From Candidatus Hodarchaeota archaeon (GTDB lineage Archaea > Asgardarchaeota > Heimdallarchaeia > Hodarchaeales > Hodarchaeaceae): a stretch of 64,000 nucleotides of DNA. The translations under genes were made by a program, and so were the position numbers. Every line of letters starts with the position of its first letter. Position 1 is the stretch's first letter. The stretch is from the NCBI GenBank assembly GCA_016839815.1, contig JAEOTM010000076.1, positions 7,247 through 71,246 of the forward strand, written 5' to 3'. Below the pieces are notes generated by a model that worked only from the letters and a program-made list of their open reading frames with translations, was not told the origin of the DNA and searched no databases. Positions 27,713-37,774 of the stretch are shown here, in pieces.

Positions 27713-27817
27713 AGAATTTCACCTTTCTTAGTAGAAGGGGTCTCACGATACTTTCAAGTCATGACCTAGTAGGTTTGAAAGAAAGAGACAATAAAAAATC
27801 TATCTGTTAAGATAGTC

Positions 27818-28411
27818 TCATTTAATCTTCTTGAAGTAACGTTCCCGAATAATCACAATAATTACTATCAGAAATGTACCCACTACAGTTATCAGGACTA
27901 AGTATCGCATAAATGTTCCGGTAGGATCAATAAATGGTGATTCATAAGAAAATCCTGCCTCTTTCCAAGCATTGAAACCTCCTAACATGTTAAATACCAT
28001 TGTATAATTCAAATCGACTAAGGAAAGTGAAGCAATGACGGATCTTGTCCCCGATCTACAGTAAACTAGAATGGGACGCGATTTATTATCTGGAAGTTCA
28101 TTTTGTCTCGAAAGTATTTCAGTATGAGGAATCAACGTCGCATTTGGTATATGGCCACTCGAATATTCATCTTGGGTCCTCACATCAAGTATAAAGAGAC
28201 TGGTCGTATTTTCTATTAGATTGCGCGCTTCAGTTACCGAAACATCGGTATAGCCGTTAGATAACTTGGCTTGAGACGTAAAAAAATTCATTGAACCATA
28301 AGAAAGGAATGAAAAGAACATTAGGGATATAAGAAGGTAGTTTTTCTTTGTTAACATCAAGTTCAATCCTGAATGTATAGATTTTTGAAAGAAATTAAAT
28401 CTGATTATCAT
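27818..28411 (-). CDS. extracytoplasmic single-domain rhodanese (sulfurtransferase) with C-terminal TM anchor
   Basis: Signal/anchor at the N-terminus. FILDVRTQDEYSSGHIPNA, active-site loop VYCRSGTRS, GGFNAWKEAGF. C-terminal LVLITVVGTFLIVIIVII + RERYFKKIK. Confidence 0.8.
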   Translation of the reverse strand: MIIRFNFFQKSIHSGLNLMLTKKNYLLISLMFFSFLSYGSMNFFTSQAKLSNGYTDVSVTEARNLIENTTSLFILDVRTQDEYSSGHIPNATLIPHTEILSRQNELPDNKSRPILVYCRSGTRSVIASLSLVDLNYTMVFNMLGGFNAWKEAGFSYESPFIDPTGTFMRYLVLITVVGTFLIVIIVIIRERYFKKIK

Positions 28412-28452
28412 TTTTTAGCATTGTGTTGGGAAAGGTAACACTTAAACGGAGA

Positions 28453-29469
28453 TTATCCTTCTAGATTTAATTTTATAGCATTCTCAGGACAGATTTCAAC
28501 ACAACGATTACAATAATAGCATTCACCTTTATTACTATCAGCCGATGCTTCTTGAGTTGGACAAATCTGTTCACAAAGTCCACAATCTGTACAATCGTCA
28601 GTTCTTATGTAATTATTCTTTGCATATCGACTACAAATATCTGAACCTGCTCCAAATGGGCAAAAAATTCTACAATACGGCCGATAAATAAAGAAACTCG
28701 CAATTCCTACAACTACAAGACCGAGGAATGAAATTAATACGAATCCAGTTACAGAAGGTCGGAGAACAGAAAAACCAGAGAATGGATCCAAGAGTGCGAG
28801 GCTATTGAGGAAGTTAATCCCGAAAATAGCAAAGACAAATAGAAATCCAGTGTAATATATCCGCATCCAAACGGTATATTGCCGTGAGAGCTCAATATGA
28901 TACTTATTAGCTCTTTGTGCTTTTATGTTTGATTTAAAATTAAACATAGATAGTAATTCCTGAAACGTACCTAGAGGACAGGCAAATCCACAAAAAACCC
29001 TTCCAACAAGGAGAGATGAGCCAAATAAAATTGTGAGAATTGCTAAAACTGGAAGAAGATACCATAAATCTTCTTTTTCAGCTATTGCTGTAAGAATCTC
29101 TGAAAAAGGAATGAGTGTATTGGGAATAGAAACCAATAACATTCCCCCTATTATCAGAGTTACGAAATAGATAATCTTTGCAGTTTTCTGGGACATTAAT
29201 TCTGCATCAAGTAATATAATACAAAAAATATAGGTAATTAACCACAAGAAAAGCATAAAGACTCCTGAAATCGCTCCATAAGTGTCAAAGGGAAGGGGAT
29301 TTGTTTGAAATGATCTATTAATGGTGCCAAAACCAATTTGTTCAATAATTTCCATACTTATTCCAGCTAGTTGGTCGTTAATCGGTTTTACATTTGGATT
29401 GGATAAGGAACTACTTATTTTTATCTCTGGGAAAATAGAAATGATTGGAAATATGAAGAGATTCTCCAT
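28453..29469 (-). CDS. membrane-bound polyferredoxin (NapH/MauN-like 4Fe-4S protein)
   Basis: TM helices with CGFACPLG and CRIFCPFG motifs, plus two C-terminal ferredoxin motifs CTDCGLCEQICP and CYYCNRCVEICP. Confidence 0.8.
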   Translation of the reverse strand: MENLFIFPIISIFPEIKISSSLSNPNVKPINDQLAGISMEIIEQIGFGTINRSFQTNPLPFDTYGAISGVFMLFLWLITYIFCIILLDAELMSQKTAKIIYFVTLIIGGMLLVSIPNTLIPFSEILTAIAEKEDLWYLLPVLAILTILFGSSLLVGRVFCGFACPLGTFQELLSMFNFKSNIKAQRANKYHIELSRQYTVWMRIYYTGFLFVFAIFGINFLNSLALLDPFSGFSVLRPSVTGFVLISFLGLVVVGIASFFIYRPYCRIFCPFGAGSDICSRYAKNNYIRTDDCTDCGLCEQICPTQEASADSNKGECYYCNRCVEICPENAIKLNLEG

Positions 29470-29490
29470 ATTTCCTTAATGGATGGAGGA

Positions 29491-30339
29491 CTAAGATTTT
29501 TGTTTCGGTGCTTGGACAAGTCGCTCCCACAGAGTTGGCCAAAGTGGAATGATTAACAGGATTGTTGCTAGGATCGGGGCCATAAAGAACATAGAGAATT
29601 TATTAAAACTGAGAGAGGAGGCCAAAGCTACAGGATAACCAGCAATAACTCCTAGGAGGGATGCCCCTATTGTTAGAATTCGAACCCAATCTTTATTTGG
29701 TCTACGGAGAACTCCAATAGTTACAATGCCAAAACCAATGGCAGCTACCCAATTAACCCGTTGTAACGCTCTAAATACGGAATGTACAGTCACTATAGGA
29801 TCTGGGACAGGGGGATAGGATTCTGGACTTGGCGGATATAGATACATTCGATTTGTACTGGCGATTCCATTTAAAAAGCACATAACATATGCTATTCCAG
29901 TAATTAAAGCAAATAATATTGTTATCCATGGGATATTTTGGACATATCGATTCATTAAAAAGAATATGAACAGGTTAGGGAGAAAAATTAATCCCCATAA
30001 CGGAACCAATCCCATTTGCATGGCAGGAATTGCGGGCCAGAACCCCGCAAGAAGGCATAAAGTATTTCCAACAACAGCAAACGAAACGGCCCATTTCTCA
30101 TCAGTGTAAAATCCGTAAGCACTTAAGGCAAATAATATTCCACCAATAAAACTAAGGTCGAAAATATAAGGGAGAAAATCCTTTACAATGACTTCACATC
30201 CTGACTCAGCAGCAAGATTTGTCATTTCTTCTAGAATGTAAGGTTCATAGGTTAATACAAAGAGACCTAAACCTCCTACAATCCCTACAATCGCTCCAAA
30301 AAATGAGAGGAGAAATCCTAATCGTTGATTATTATCCAT
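29491..30339 (-). CDS. hypothetical polytopic membrane protein
   Basis: 282 aa with about 8 TM helices. First gene of the minus-strand run 30339->27818 (gaps of 21 and 41 nt). Confidence 0.5.
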   Translation of the reverse strand: MDNNQRLGFLLSFFGAIVGIVGGLGLFVLTYEPYILEEMTNLAAESGCEVIVKDFLPYIFDLSFIGGILFALSAYGFYTDEKWAVSFAVVGNTLCLLAGFWPAIPAMQMGLVPLWGLIFLPNLFIFFLMNRYVQNIPWITILFALITGIAYVMCFLNGIASTNRMYLYPPSPESYPPVPDPIVTVHSVFRALQRVNWVAAIGFGIVTIGVLRRPNKDWVRILTIGASLLGVIAGYPVALASSLSFNKFSMFFMAPILATILLIIPLWPTLWERLVQAPKQKS

Positions 30340-30354
30340 TTGAATTCTTCCATA

Positions 30355-30371
30355 ATTACGTTAATCGTAAT
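30355..30371. promoter_or_regulatory. 6-N5-6 inverted repeat, candidate TrmB-family operator
   Basis: ATTACG-ttaat-CGTAAT has perfect 6-nt arms. It sits in the 129-bp divergent intergenic region between 29491..30339 (-) and the TrmB gene at 30469 (+). Confidence 0.25.
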
Positions 30372-30468
30372 ATTCCGATGAAAATGTAACTCACAACAAT
30401 TAGTGGTTAAATATATCTTTTATACTCAGTATTCCACAATTTTCTGTTGAAAACTATAAAAGACCTTC

Positions 30469-31335
30469 ATGCAGTTTATTGATTTGGTGTCATTCCCAGT
30501 GAAGGAAGTAGATTATGAGAAAATATCTCCCGAGGAACTTGAGGTATTTGGTTTATCAAGTTATGAGTCTCGGGTTTACCTTTCTTTATTATCTTCAGGT
30601 ATTCGAACGGCAAAGAACATTTCTAGCGATTCAAAAATTCCGTTTGGAAGGGTTTATGATGTTTTGAGTTCTTTAGAAGATAAAGGGCTTGTCGAAAAAC
30701 AGGAATCTCGGCCTAAGAAATTTATTGCTAAGGATCCAAAATCAGCACTAAATAATCTCTTAAACATTAAGAATTCAGAATTAGAATCTATAACTCAAAA
30801 AGCTGTTCTCGTTGAAGAAAAACTTTCACTACTACACACAGTTAAACCAGAAGAGAGCTTATTTTGGAGTGTTGCCCTAGGTGAGAAAGCAATAGGCCAA
30901 TATATTGAAAAAATAGGAGAAGCAAAAAAAGAACTAAATACTATTCTCAATCTTCGTGTCGCGTCTCGTATGCCACGAAAGGATATTATTATGGCTCTAA
31001 TCGATACGATTACGCAGTTAAACGTGAGGGGAGTTTCGAATAGAATTTTATTAAGTGGTGTAACCCCTGGTAGTTTGGAAGAAGAGTATATGGCTTCCAT
31101 CGCGAAATTCTTTGATGTATTTGATCGGAAAGTTGTCAGATATTGCTTGAAATGTACAACCGCTTTTGATATTATTGACAATGAAAAGGTCATTGTCAAG
31201 GTAATGAATCCAGTAAAGCCCGATGAGTTTTTTGCTTGGATATTTGTTTGGCAGAAGAAGTTTGCTGAGGAATTAAAACCCAAATTTGACGAAATGTGGT
31301 CAAACGCAAAAGAGTTACGTATTGAACTGAGATAA
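30469..31335 (+). CDS. TrmB-family transcriptional regulator
   Basis: LEVFGLSSYESRVYLSLLSSGIRTAKNISSDSKIPFGRVYDVLSSLEDKGLVEKQESRPKKFIA is the TrmB N-terminal wHTH. 288 aa with a C-terminal effector-type domain. Confidence 0.8.
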   Translation: MQFIDLVSFPVKEVDYEKISPEELEVFGLSSYESRVYLSLLSSGIRTAKNISSDSKIPFGRVYDVLSSLEDKGLVEKQESRPKKFIAKDPKSALNNLLNIKNSELESITQKAVLVEEKLSLLHTVKPEESLFWSVALGEKAIGQYIEKIGEAKKELNTILNLRVASRMPRKDIIMALIDTITQLNVRGVSNRILLSGVTPGSLEEEYMASIAKFFDVFDRKVVRYCLKCTTAFDIIDNEKVIVKVMNPVKPDEFFAWIFVWQKKFAEELKPKFDEMWSNAKELRIELR

Positions 31336-31341
31336 GCAATT

Positions 31342-31725
31342 TCAAATTATTAAAAGAATTACTGAAATCAGGGAAATTGTGCTCCATAACGCGAACGCGT
31401 CTTTTTTTCGAAATTTTCCATATTCTAGTAAACCATTTAGGAATATTAGTGTCGTACCAACTATAAATAGTTGAGGTATGAATAATATTGATACAAGTGA
31501 AATAGAAAGAAGTAAAAATCCGAGTACAAGCATTTGAATCACTTTATGGCGGACAATCTGATCATTAACTTGAGAAGGAAGTTCTTTTCCGTGCTGTCTT
31601 CTAGGGAGGTTCCAGTTGTTTGTAAGAAGATAAAAAGCGTTTGTAAACAATTCAAAAAAACCAAACACAAATCCAAAAAGTCCTATACTCACACCCTGTA
31701 AAAGAGATAACTGGAATTCCGTCAT
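31342..31725 (-). CDS. hypothetical small membrane protein (4 TM)
   Basis: 127-aa ORF with four hydrophobic helices. No family recognised. Confidence 0.45.
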   Translation of the reverse strand: MTEFQLSLLQGVSIGLFGFVFGFFELFTNAFYLLTNNWNLPRRQHGKELPSQVNDQIVRHKVIQMLVLGFLLLSISLVSILFIPQLFIVGTTLIFLNGLLEYGKFRKKDAFALWSTISLISVILLII

Positions 31726-31922
31726 TAGTTTTCACTTAGTAGAAATTATTCTTGATCTACATTCATATTTCCAATTCTCTTTAATACCTCCCGAACTTTC
31801 TAGCTTAGATATCTCACAGAGTTTTAACTACCAAGAGAGTTCTCTGCCCTGTCAATCAAGAAATTTTCCGCTATCGTTTAATTCTAAGGAGTCATTAGCG
31901 TCCTAAATTATCTATTTCTGCA

Positions 31923-32279
31923 TTATGAGGTAAATTGTACAATTTCGTGCACATTTCCAAAAGGATCTGTAAACGCATTAAAAAGGCCAGCAGGGAACTC
32001 TAACATATCATTGTAGATAAATTGAACACCTTTCGCCTTAAGTTCTTCCATTGTTTTTTTTAACTCATCTGTTTTGAAAATAATAATGGATTGAGCTTGA
32101 TTGGGATAATCAATGACTGTCTCCTTTTCCACTTGATATAATAGTAGCCTTATATCTCCTTTTTGAACCAGATCAACTGCTCTTGGAGGATAATGATGCT
32201 CTTTTGAGAGTTCAAAACCCAGAATCTCTGTATACCATAGAATTGCCTCATCCATATCTGTCACATTAATTTGATTCAT
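31923..32279 (-). CDS. VOC/glyoxalase-family protein
   Basis: MNQINVTDMDEAILWYTEILGFEL...IRLLLYQ...IIFKTDELKKTMEELKAKGVQF...FTDPFGNVHEIVQF. I prefer Met at 32279 over the track start at 32330. Confidence 0.65.
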   Translation of the reverse strand: MNQINVTDMDEAILWYTEILGFELSKEHHYPPRAVDLVQKGDIRLLLYQVEKETVIDYPNQAQSIIIFKTDELKKTMEELKAKGVQFIYNDMLEFPAGLFNAFTDPFGNVHEIVQFTS

Positions 32280-32509
32280 AGCAATTTCTAGCTTCAAATT
32301 GAATACCACTCCATTCCTGTATAGAATCAATGAATGTTTTTTGGAAACCCCATTAAAAAATTTTTGATCTCCACAATCTTTTATTCCTATATCGTAAGTC
32401 TGTTAGTATAAATCGCATAATTCTTTTCTTTCAATTTCACACACAGTATTTAATCTTCAATTATGTCTTGTTATACAATTTAAAATTAATTTTGTTTAAA
32501 TTCAGTTCT

Positions 32510-33196
32510 TTAGTTAAGATTAACTATTCTATAACGCCAGATACCATAACTCTGGATCAAAAAACACAAAAGAAGACTGTAAACAACAACTTTCTGCATA
32601 GTAACCCGAATAAGGAGGTCATTGTAGGTGATAATTTCAGGGATTAGAAAGAACAATCCACCATAAGCAAGTATGACAATAATCAGGAGTATATATGTCA
32701 GAGTGTAAAACTTTGAAAACTTAGGATCATTTAATGTTAGGACGAGTAATAATCCGAGTAGTATTGCTACTAATGAGAATCCCGTGACCACTAGTGCATC
32801 GTGAATAGGTGCAACTAAGTTTGCAGGGGTAACAGCCACTCCCATAAAGGTAAAAGCTGCTATAGTACCGATGTTTGCAATGATTTTACCCAATTTTTCT
32901 TCCATTTCATTTTGGTTAAAAATTTCTGGGATTATACGAAAATAAGCTAGAAATGTAACCCCCAGTCCAGTAAGAGCAAGAACGAATAATATCACAGATA
33001 CTAGATTCCCCTCCCTAGAATAGGTAGTGGTTCTCCCTAGATCACTTAAAAAATTCGTAAAAAAATTATAACCCTCAGTTGTTTTATCAATTCTCGTTCC
33101 CCCTGTATAGAACATCATTGCTATAATTGTCAAAATTACAAATTGGAGAGTTCCAATAACAATTACAGGAAAGATCTGTTTTTTCTCAAGATACAA
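32510..33196 (-). CDS. hypothetical polytopic membrane protein
   Basis: 228 aa with about 6-7 TM helices. No family recognised with confidence. Confidence 0.5.
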   Translation of the reverse strand: MYLEKKQIFPVIVIGTLQFVILTIIAMMFYTGGTRIDKTTEGYNFFTNFLSDLGRTTTYSREGNLVSVILFVLALTGLGVTFLAYFRIIPEIFNQNEMEEKLGKIIANIGTIAAFTFMGVAVTPANLVAPIHDALVVTGFSLVAILLGLLLVLTLNDPKFSKFYTLTYILLIIVILAYGGLFFLIPEIITYNDLLIRVTMQKVVVYSLLLCFLIQSYGIWRYRIVNLN

Positions 33197-33293
33197 TGTG
33201 CTACCTCTAGTGTAGTTGTTACCTAAATCCTTTTTTACATATTTGTATTGAGGAAAAATCTGTATATCCTATCAAAATAAAGGATTCCTAGTA

Positions 33294-34079
33294 ATGTTAG
33301 GTCGATGGTTAGAAACTAATTTCGAGAATGTTCACTATAATCTCGCTCTGGAACATGCAATTCTGTTTCTCTCATCTCAAAATGATTTTTCTGCCACCGT
33401 TCGTGTGTGGACAAATCCTAAAGCTGTTATTCTAGGACGGAGTCAACAAATTAGTGAGGAAGTAGATTTAACTTATTGTTCAGAAAATGAAATCACGATA
33501 GGCCGTCGAATATCAGGAGGGGGGACAGTTTATCATGATTTGGGCAATATTAACTTATCGATTTTTTTACCAAAAACAAAACTATTCCCAAAAGCACGAG
33601 ATGTTAAATCTATTTCGAGAATGTTTTCAGAACTCATAATTAATCAATTGAAACTAGAATTAAAGACTGGAACATTTTCTATCTATAACGAAAATTCGAT
33701 TCTGTATAATCAAAAGAAGTTCTCAGGATCTGCAGGGTATTTCCGGAGTGATTGGTTCCTTCATCATTTTACTCTTCTCTTCGAGACAAATCAAATTCAT
33801 TTAAATCATGTTCTCCGGGCTGGAAGAAGTGATTATTCAAGCAAAAGGCCTAGTAGCTTTATTCCAACAGCTAATTTACCTCCTTTATCCAAATCTAATC
33901 TGATAAAAAGCATCATCGATCAGTTGGAAAACACTTTCGATGTAGTATTCGAATTTAAACCATTAACAGAGTCAGAAATCCAATTAGCTACTCGTCTCGC
34001 CAATGAAATGTATTCCCAAAAATCATGGATCTGGAATAAAAAAAGAAGGTTAATTGAAGAAAGGTTTTCTCCGAGTTAG
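33294..34079 (+). CDS. lplA: lipoate-protein ligase A-type catalytic domain protein
   Basis: VRVWTNPKAVILGRSQ, RRISGGGTVYHDLGNINLSIF and KKFSGSAGY (lipoyl-AMP Lys motif). Convergent with the E3 gene 7 nt away. Confidence 0.8.
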   Translation: MLGRWLETNFENVHYNLALEHAILFLSSQNDFSATVRVWTNPKAVILGRSQQISEEVDLTYCSENEITIGRRISGGGTVYHDLGNINLSIFLPKTKLFPKARDVKSISRMFSELIINQLKLELKTGTFSIYNENSILYNQKKFSGSAGYFRSDWFLHHFTLLFETNQIHLNHVLRAGRSDYSSKRPSSFIPTANLPPLSKSNLIKSIIDQLENTFDVVFEFKPLTESEIQLATRLANEMYSQKSWIWNKKRRLIEERFSPS

Positions 34080-34086
34080 TTAATTT

Positions 34087-35514
34087 TTATTTTTTTTTTC
34101 TAACAAGAGTTACTTGATGGATAGCCTTGTCTAAAGCTGCGTCAGCAGCTTCCATAATCATTTCAGGAAGAGTGGGATGAGGATGTACAGTAAGACTTAA
34201 GTCTTCAAGCGTCGCGCCCATTTCAAGAGCTAGTGCGATTTCGGAAATTTGATCTGATGCATCTGGTCCGACAATCTGGACACCAAGTAGTTGATTGGTA
34301 GTTCTATCAGCGACAACCTTAACGTATCCATCTTCAACTAACTGGGTCATCGCTCTCGCAGAGGTACCAAACGCAGCTCTTCCAGTAATAACATCGAAAC
34401 CAGCATCTTTTGCTTGTTTTTCCGTAAGTCCTGCATACGAGATCTCGGGTTCTGTGAAAATTGCCACTGGGATAGTTTGAAAATCACTTTCAGAAGGTAA
34501 ACCATTGAGTACCTCTGCAGCTATGATTCCTTGCTTTGTTGCACGGTGAGCTAAGAATGGTGGACCTGTACAATCTCCCACAGCATAGATTCCTTGAATT
34601 GAGGTCTGTTGTTTTTCATTTACAACAATATAACCTTTATTATCTATTTTTAAATTGAGAACTGATAGATTCAGATCCTCTATCTGAGCTTTTTTCCCTA
34701 CTGCTAAGAGCACTTTATCCACTGTAATCTTTTTCTTCTCACTTTTTGTTTCAATCTCAACTGATAGTTTTCCATTTTTCTGTGGCGAATAACCTTTAGA
34801 AGTCGCAGAAGTGAATATCGATACTCCTAATTGTTTTATCTTTGCGCTTATTAATCGTTTGATTGGGAGATCGACCCCTGGTAATATTTCAGGTAATAAC
34901 TCTACAATAGTTACTATAGACCCAAGTTTTGCAAACAATGTTCCTAATTCGAGTCCAATCACTCCTCCTCCAATAATGAGTAGATTACCGGGAATTTCCT
35001 TTACTGATAATAATCCTTTTGCGCTGAGTATCTTCTTCTCATCAATTTTAAAATTAGGAAGAGAAATAAACGTTGTTCCAGTTGCCAGAATCACCTCAGA
35101 GTATTTTACTGTATTCTTAGTTCCATCTTCATTTGTAACTGTTACTTCACCATGTTTCTCGAATTTTGCTGTTCCTAAGACCGTTGTTACACCATTTCTT
35201 GTAAGTAACTGCTTGATTCCATTAATTAATTTTGTTTGAATTCCCGTTTTCCATGCTTGGAGTGTGGTGAAATCTAATTCAACCTCTTTTACCCTAATAC
35301 CCATCTTGGGAGCGTCATACTTCAATTTATGAAAGAATTTAGCCGCAGAAATCAATGCCTTGCTTGGGATACATCCCCAATTTAGACATTCTCCTCCAAT
35401 GTATTCTTTCTCTACAATTACCACTTTTTTTCCTAATTGGGCTGATCTTATTGCCGCTGGATATCCTCCAGGACCAGATCCTATTACAAGTACATCTGTT
35501 TCTATCAAATTCAT
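34087..35514 (-). CDS. lpd: dihydrolipoyl dehydrogenase (E3)
   Basis: VIGSGPGGY FAD motif, redox disulfide GGECLNWGCIPSK, NAD motif IIGGGVIGLELG, C-terminal HPHPTLPE. Confidence 0.9.
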   Translation of the reverse strand: MNLIETDVLVIGSGPGGYPAAIRSAQLGKKVVIVEKEYIGGECLNWGCIPSKALISAAKFFHKLKYDAPKMGIRVKEVELDFTTLQAWKTGIQTKLINGIKQLLTRNGVTTVLGTAKFEKHGEVTVTNEDGTKNTVKYSEVILATGTTFISLPNFKIDEKKILSAKGLLSVKEIPGNLLIIGGGVIGLELGTLFAKLGSIVTIVELLPEILPGVDLPIKRLISAKIKQLGVSIFTSATSKGYSPQKNGKLSVEIETKSEKKKITVDKVLLAVGKKAQIEDLNLSVLNLKIDNKGYIVVNEKQQTSIQGIYAVGDCTGPPFLAHRATKQGIIAAEVLNGLPSESDFQTIPVAIFTEPEISYAGLTEKQAKDAGFDVITGRAAFGTSARAMTQLVEDGYVKVVADRTTNQLLGVQIVGPDASDQISEIALALEMGATLEDLSLTVHPHPTLPEMIMEAADAALDKAIHQVTLVRKKK

Positions 35515-36774
35515 TTAAAATTCCTCATTTAGGAGTAATAGCGCTGGATTCTCCATATACTTGATTAATTCATTCGTAAACATTGCTCCAACTGCCCCAT
35601 CAACTACTCTATGATCAATCGTAAGGGACAACATCATTATTTTTCGAATAGCAATTTCTGGCTTTCCATTTTGTTCAATTACAACCGGTCGTAATTTACT
35701 ACGCATCAATCCTAGAATCGCCACCTCTGGCCACCGAATAATTGGAGTAGCTGCAAATCCACCAATATTACCAACAGAAGTTATTGTAATTGTACCCCCA
35801 GTTACATCATCTAAAGTAAGTGAATTATTCCGTGCTTTATCTGCTAGGATCTGAACTTCCTGTACTAGTTCCCAGATACTTTTTTGATCTACATTCTTAA
35901 TTACAGGGACAATTAATCCCTCGTCTGTATTTACAGCAATACCTATATTTATCGATCCTTTCAAAACTATTTCTCCAGCATCATCTTCAAGTGTAGAATT
36001 TAAATGTGGAAATTTACGTAATGCTGGGACTAAACATTTAATGACTAATGGAATATAGGTGAGTTTAACTCCATATTGCTCCGCTAGAGGCTTTGCATCC
36101 TGACGAAGGGCTTCTAATGCACTCATATCGACTTCTTCGAAATAAGTATAATGAGCGGCAGTATCTTTTGAATTTCTCATTGCTTTAGCAATATTTCGTC
36201 GTAACCCCCGTATTGGAATTCTCTGGTCCTCTCTTGATATGATTCCTTTACTTTTCCGAGTCCAAGGAATTGTTGAAGATTGTTTTTCTGTAAAATTGTT
36301 GAAATCTTGATGTGTAATTCTTCCTGCTGGACCTGTACCTTTTACTTCATTTAAGTTTATACTTAGCTCTCGTGCTTGTTGTCTTATTGAGGGAGCCGCA
36401 AGTGGTTTTTCTGATCTTAAATATCCTTCACTCTTCGACGATTTTATTTGTTTAAATGGTTTAGCAGCCGTGAAAAGCGAATCATCTTCTTCAGATGGTT
36501 CATCAATGTCAGTAGGTGAATCTGAGTTTTTCTCCTTTACAGGCTCGATTGTTACCAATACTGCCCCAACTCTTACGATATCTCCTTCCTGATATTCCAA
36601 CGTTAGTATTTTCCCGTTTATTGGTGAGGCCAGTTCTACAGTCACTTTCTCCGTCATTACTTCAACCAGAAGCTGTTCATTCTTGACTATTTCACCAGCT
36701 TTCACATGCCACTGTAATATCTCTCCTTCATGGACTCCTTCCCCTGGATCTGCAAACTTGAATTCATATGTCAT
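35515..36774 (-). CDS. dihydrolipoamide acyltransferase (E2) of a 2-oxoacid dehydrogenase complex
   Basis: Lipoyl domain with VEVMTEKVTVEL (lipoyl-Lys), peripheral subunit-binding domain (APSIRQQARELSINL) and catalytic LTIDHRVVDGA. Confidence 0.9.
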   Translation of the reverse strand: MTYEFKFADPGEGVHEGEILQWHVKAGEIVKNEQLLVEVMTEKVTVELASPINGKILTLEYQEGDIVRVGAVLVTIEPVKEKNSDSPTDIDEPSEEDDSLFTAAKPFKQIKSSKSEGYLRSEKPLAAPSIRQQARELSINLNEVKGTGPAGRITHQDFNNFTEKQSSTIPWTRKSKGIISREDQRIPIRGLRRNIAKAMRNSKDTAAHYTYFEEVDMSALEALRQDAKPLAEQYGVKLTYIPLVIKCLVPALRKFPHLNSTLEDDAGEIVLKGSINIGIAVNTDEGLIVPVIKNVDQKSIWELVQEVQILADKARNNSLTLDDVTGGTITITSVGNIGGFAATPIIRWPEVAILGLMRSKLRPVVIEQNGKPEIAIRKIMMLSLTIDHRVVDGAVGAMFTNELIKYMENPALLLLNEEF

Positions 36775-36793
36775 TATATCTCACTCCTTGTTT

Positions 36794-37774
36794 TCAAAAA
36801 TTATACACCTTAACAATGGTATCTACCGTCCTTTTAGCTGTTGGAAGATATTCCTGCTCTAGAGCTAATGGAAAAGGTGTGTCATACCCTGTAACTCGCA
36901 TGATTGGGCCTTCCATGTACTCAATCCATCTTTCAGCTACTAATGCTGATAATTCCGCACTAAAACCGCTCGTTTTAGGAGCTTCAGTAACAGATATCAT
37001 ACGACCAGTTTTCTTTACGGTTTTCTCTATCGTTTCAAGATCTAAGGGAACTAGAGTACGTAAATCAATAACTTCACATTCAATTTGATGTTCTTTGGAA
37101 GCAAGTTCCGCTGCTTCTAATGCAACATGGAGCATAGCCCCATAAGCAAGGACTGAGACATCGTTCCCCTCCCGAGCCACTCTTGCTTTTCCTAATGGAA
37201 TTGTGTAATCTCCTACAGGGACTTCTTCCTTAAATGCACGGTATAGTCGCTTAGGTTCAAGAAACAGGACAGGATCTTGTTCACGCATTGCCGTGGTTAG
37301 TAATCCTTTAGCCTGGTATGGTGAACTGGGTATTACAACTTTTAATCCAGGTGTATGTGTAAAATATGCTTCAGGAGACTGACTATGATAATGTGCTCCA
37401 CGGACTCCACCTCCGTATGGAGAACGAATAACCATTGGCGAAGTAAACATTCCTCCACTTCGGTAACGAAATTTTGCAGCTTCAGATATTAATTGGTCAA
37501 ATCCAGGGTATATAAAATCCACAAATTGAATCTCAGCAACAGGCATTAATCCCATTAATGCCATTCCAATTGCAAACCCAATAATCCCATTTTCCGATAA
37601 TGGGGTGTCTAATATTCGTTTTGACCCGTATTTTTCAAGAAGGCCCTGAGTTGCCCGAAAAACACCGCCATTCGGTCCAATATCTTCACCTAAAATTATC
37701 AACTTGCTATTTCGTTGTAATTCTTCGTCTAATGCCAATCGAACTGACTCAACTAAGGTTAGTTCTGGCATCAA
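36794..37774 (-). CDS. 2-oxoacid dehydrogenase E1 component, beta subunit
   Basis: ILGEDIGPNGGVFRATQGL...DTPLSENGIIGFAIGMA...EIQFVDFIYP is the typical E1beta transketolase-like fold. Confidence 0.9.
   Translation of the reverse strand: MMPELTLVESVRLALDEELQRNSKLIILGEDIGPNGGVFRATQGLLEKYGSKRILDTPLSENGIIGFAIGMALMGLMPVAEIQFVDFIYPGFDQLISEAAKFRYRSGGMFTSPMVIRSPYGGGVRGAHYHSQSPEAYFTHTPGLKVVIPSSPYQAKGLLTTAMREQDPVLFLEPKRLYRAFKEEVPVGDYTIPLGKARVAREGNDVSVLAYGAMLHVALEAAELASKEHQIECEVIDLRTLVPLDLETIEKTVKKTGRMISVTEAPKTSGFSAELSALVAERWIEYMEGPIMRVTGYDTPFPLALEQEYLPTAKRTVDTIVKVYNF

Noticed and set aside
30795-31283. 162-aa minus-strand ORF inside the TrmB gene (also 31196..31387).
   Set aside because: It is antisense to a well-supported regulator gene, and its composition is typical of an AT-rich antisense frame.
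34811-35239. 142-aa plus-strand ORF inside the E3 (lpd) gene.
   Set aside because: It is antisense to a gene with unambiguous motifs, and its product is low-complexity (P/S/N/F/I rich). The same reasoning applies to 34295..34480 and 35355..35564.
36768-37088. 106-aa plus-strand ORF overlapping the E2 start and the E1beta 3' end.
   Set aside because: It is antisense to two strongly supported operon genes.
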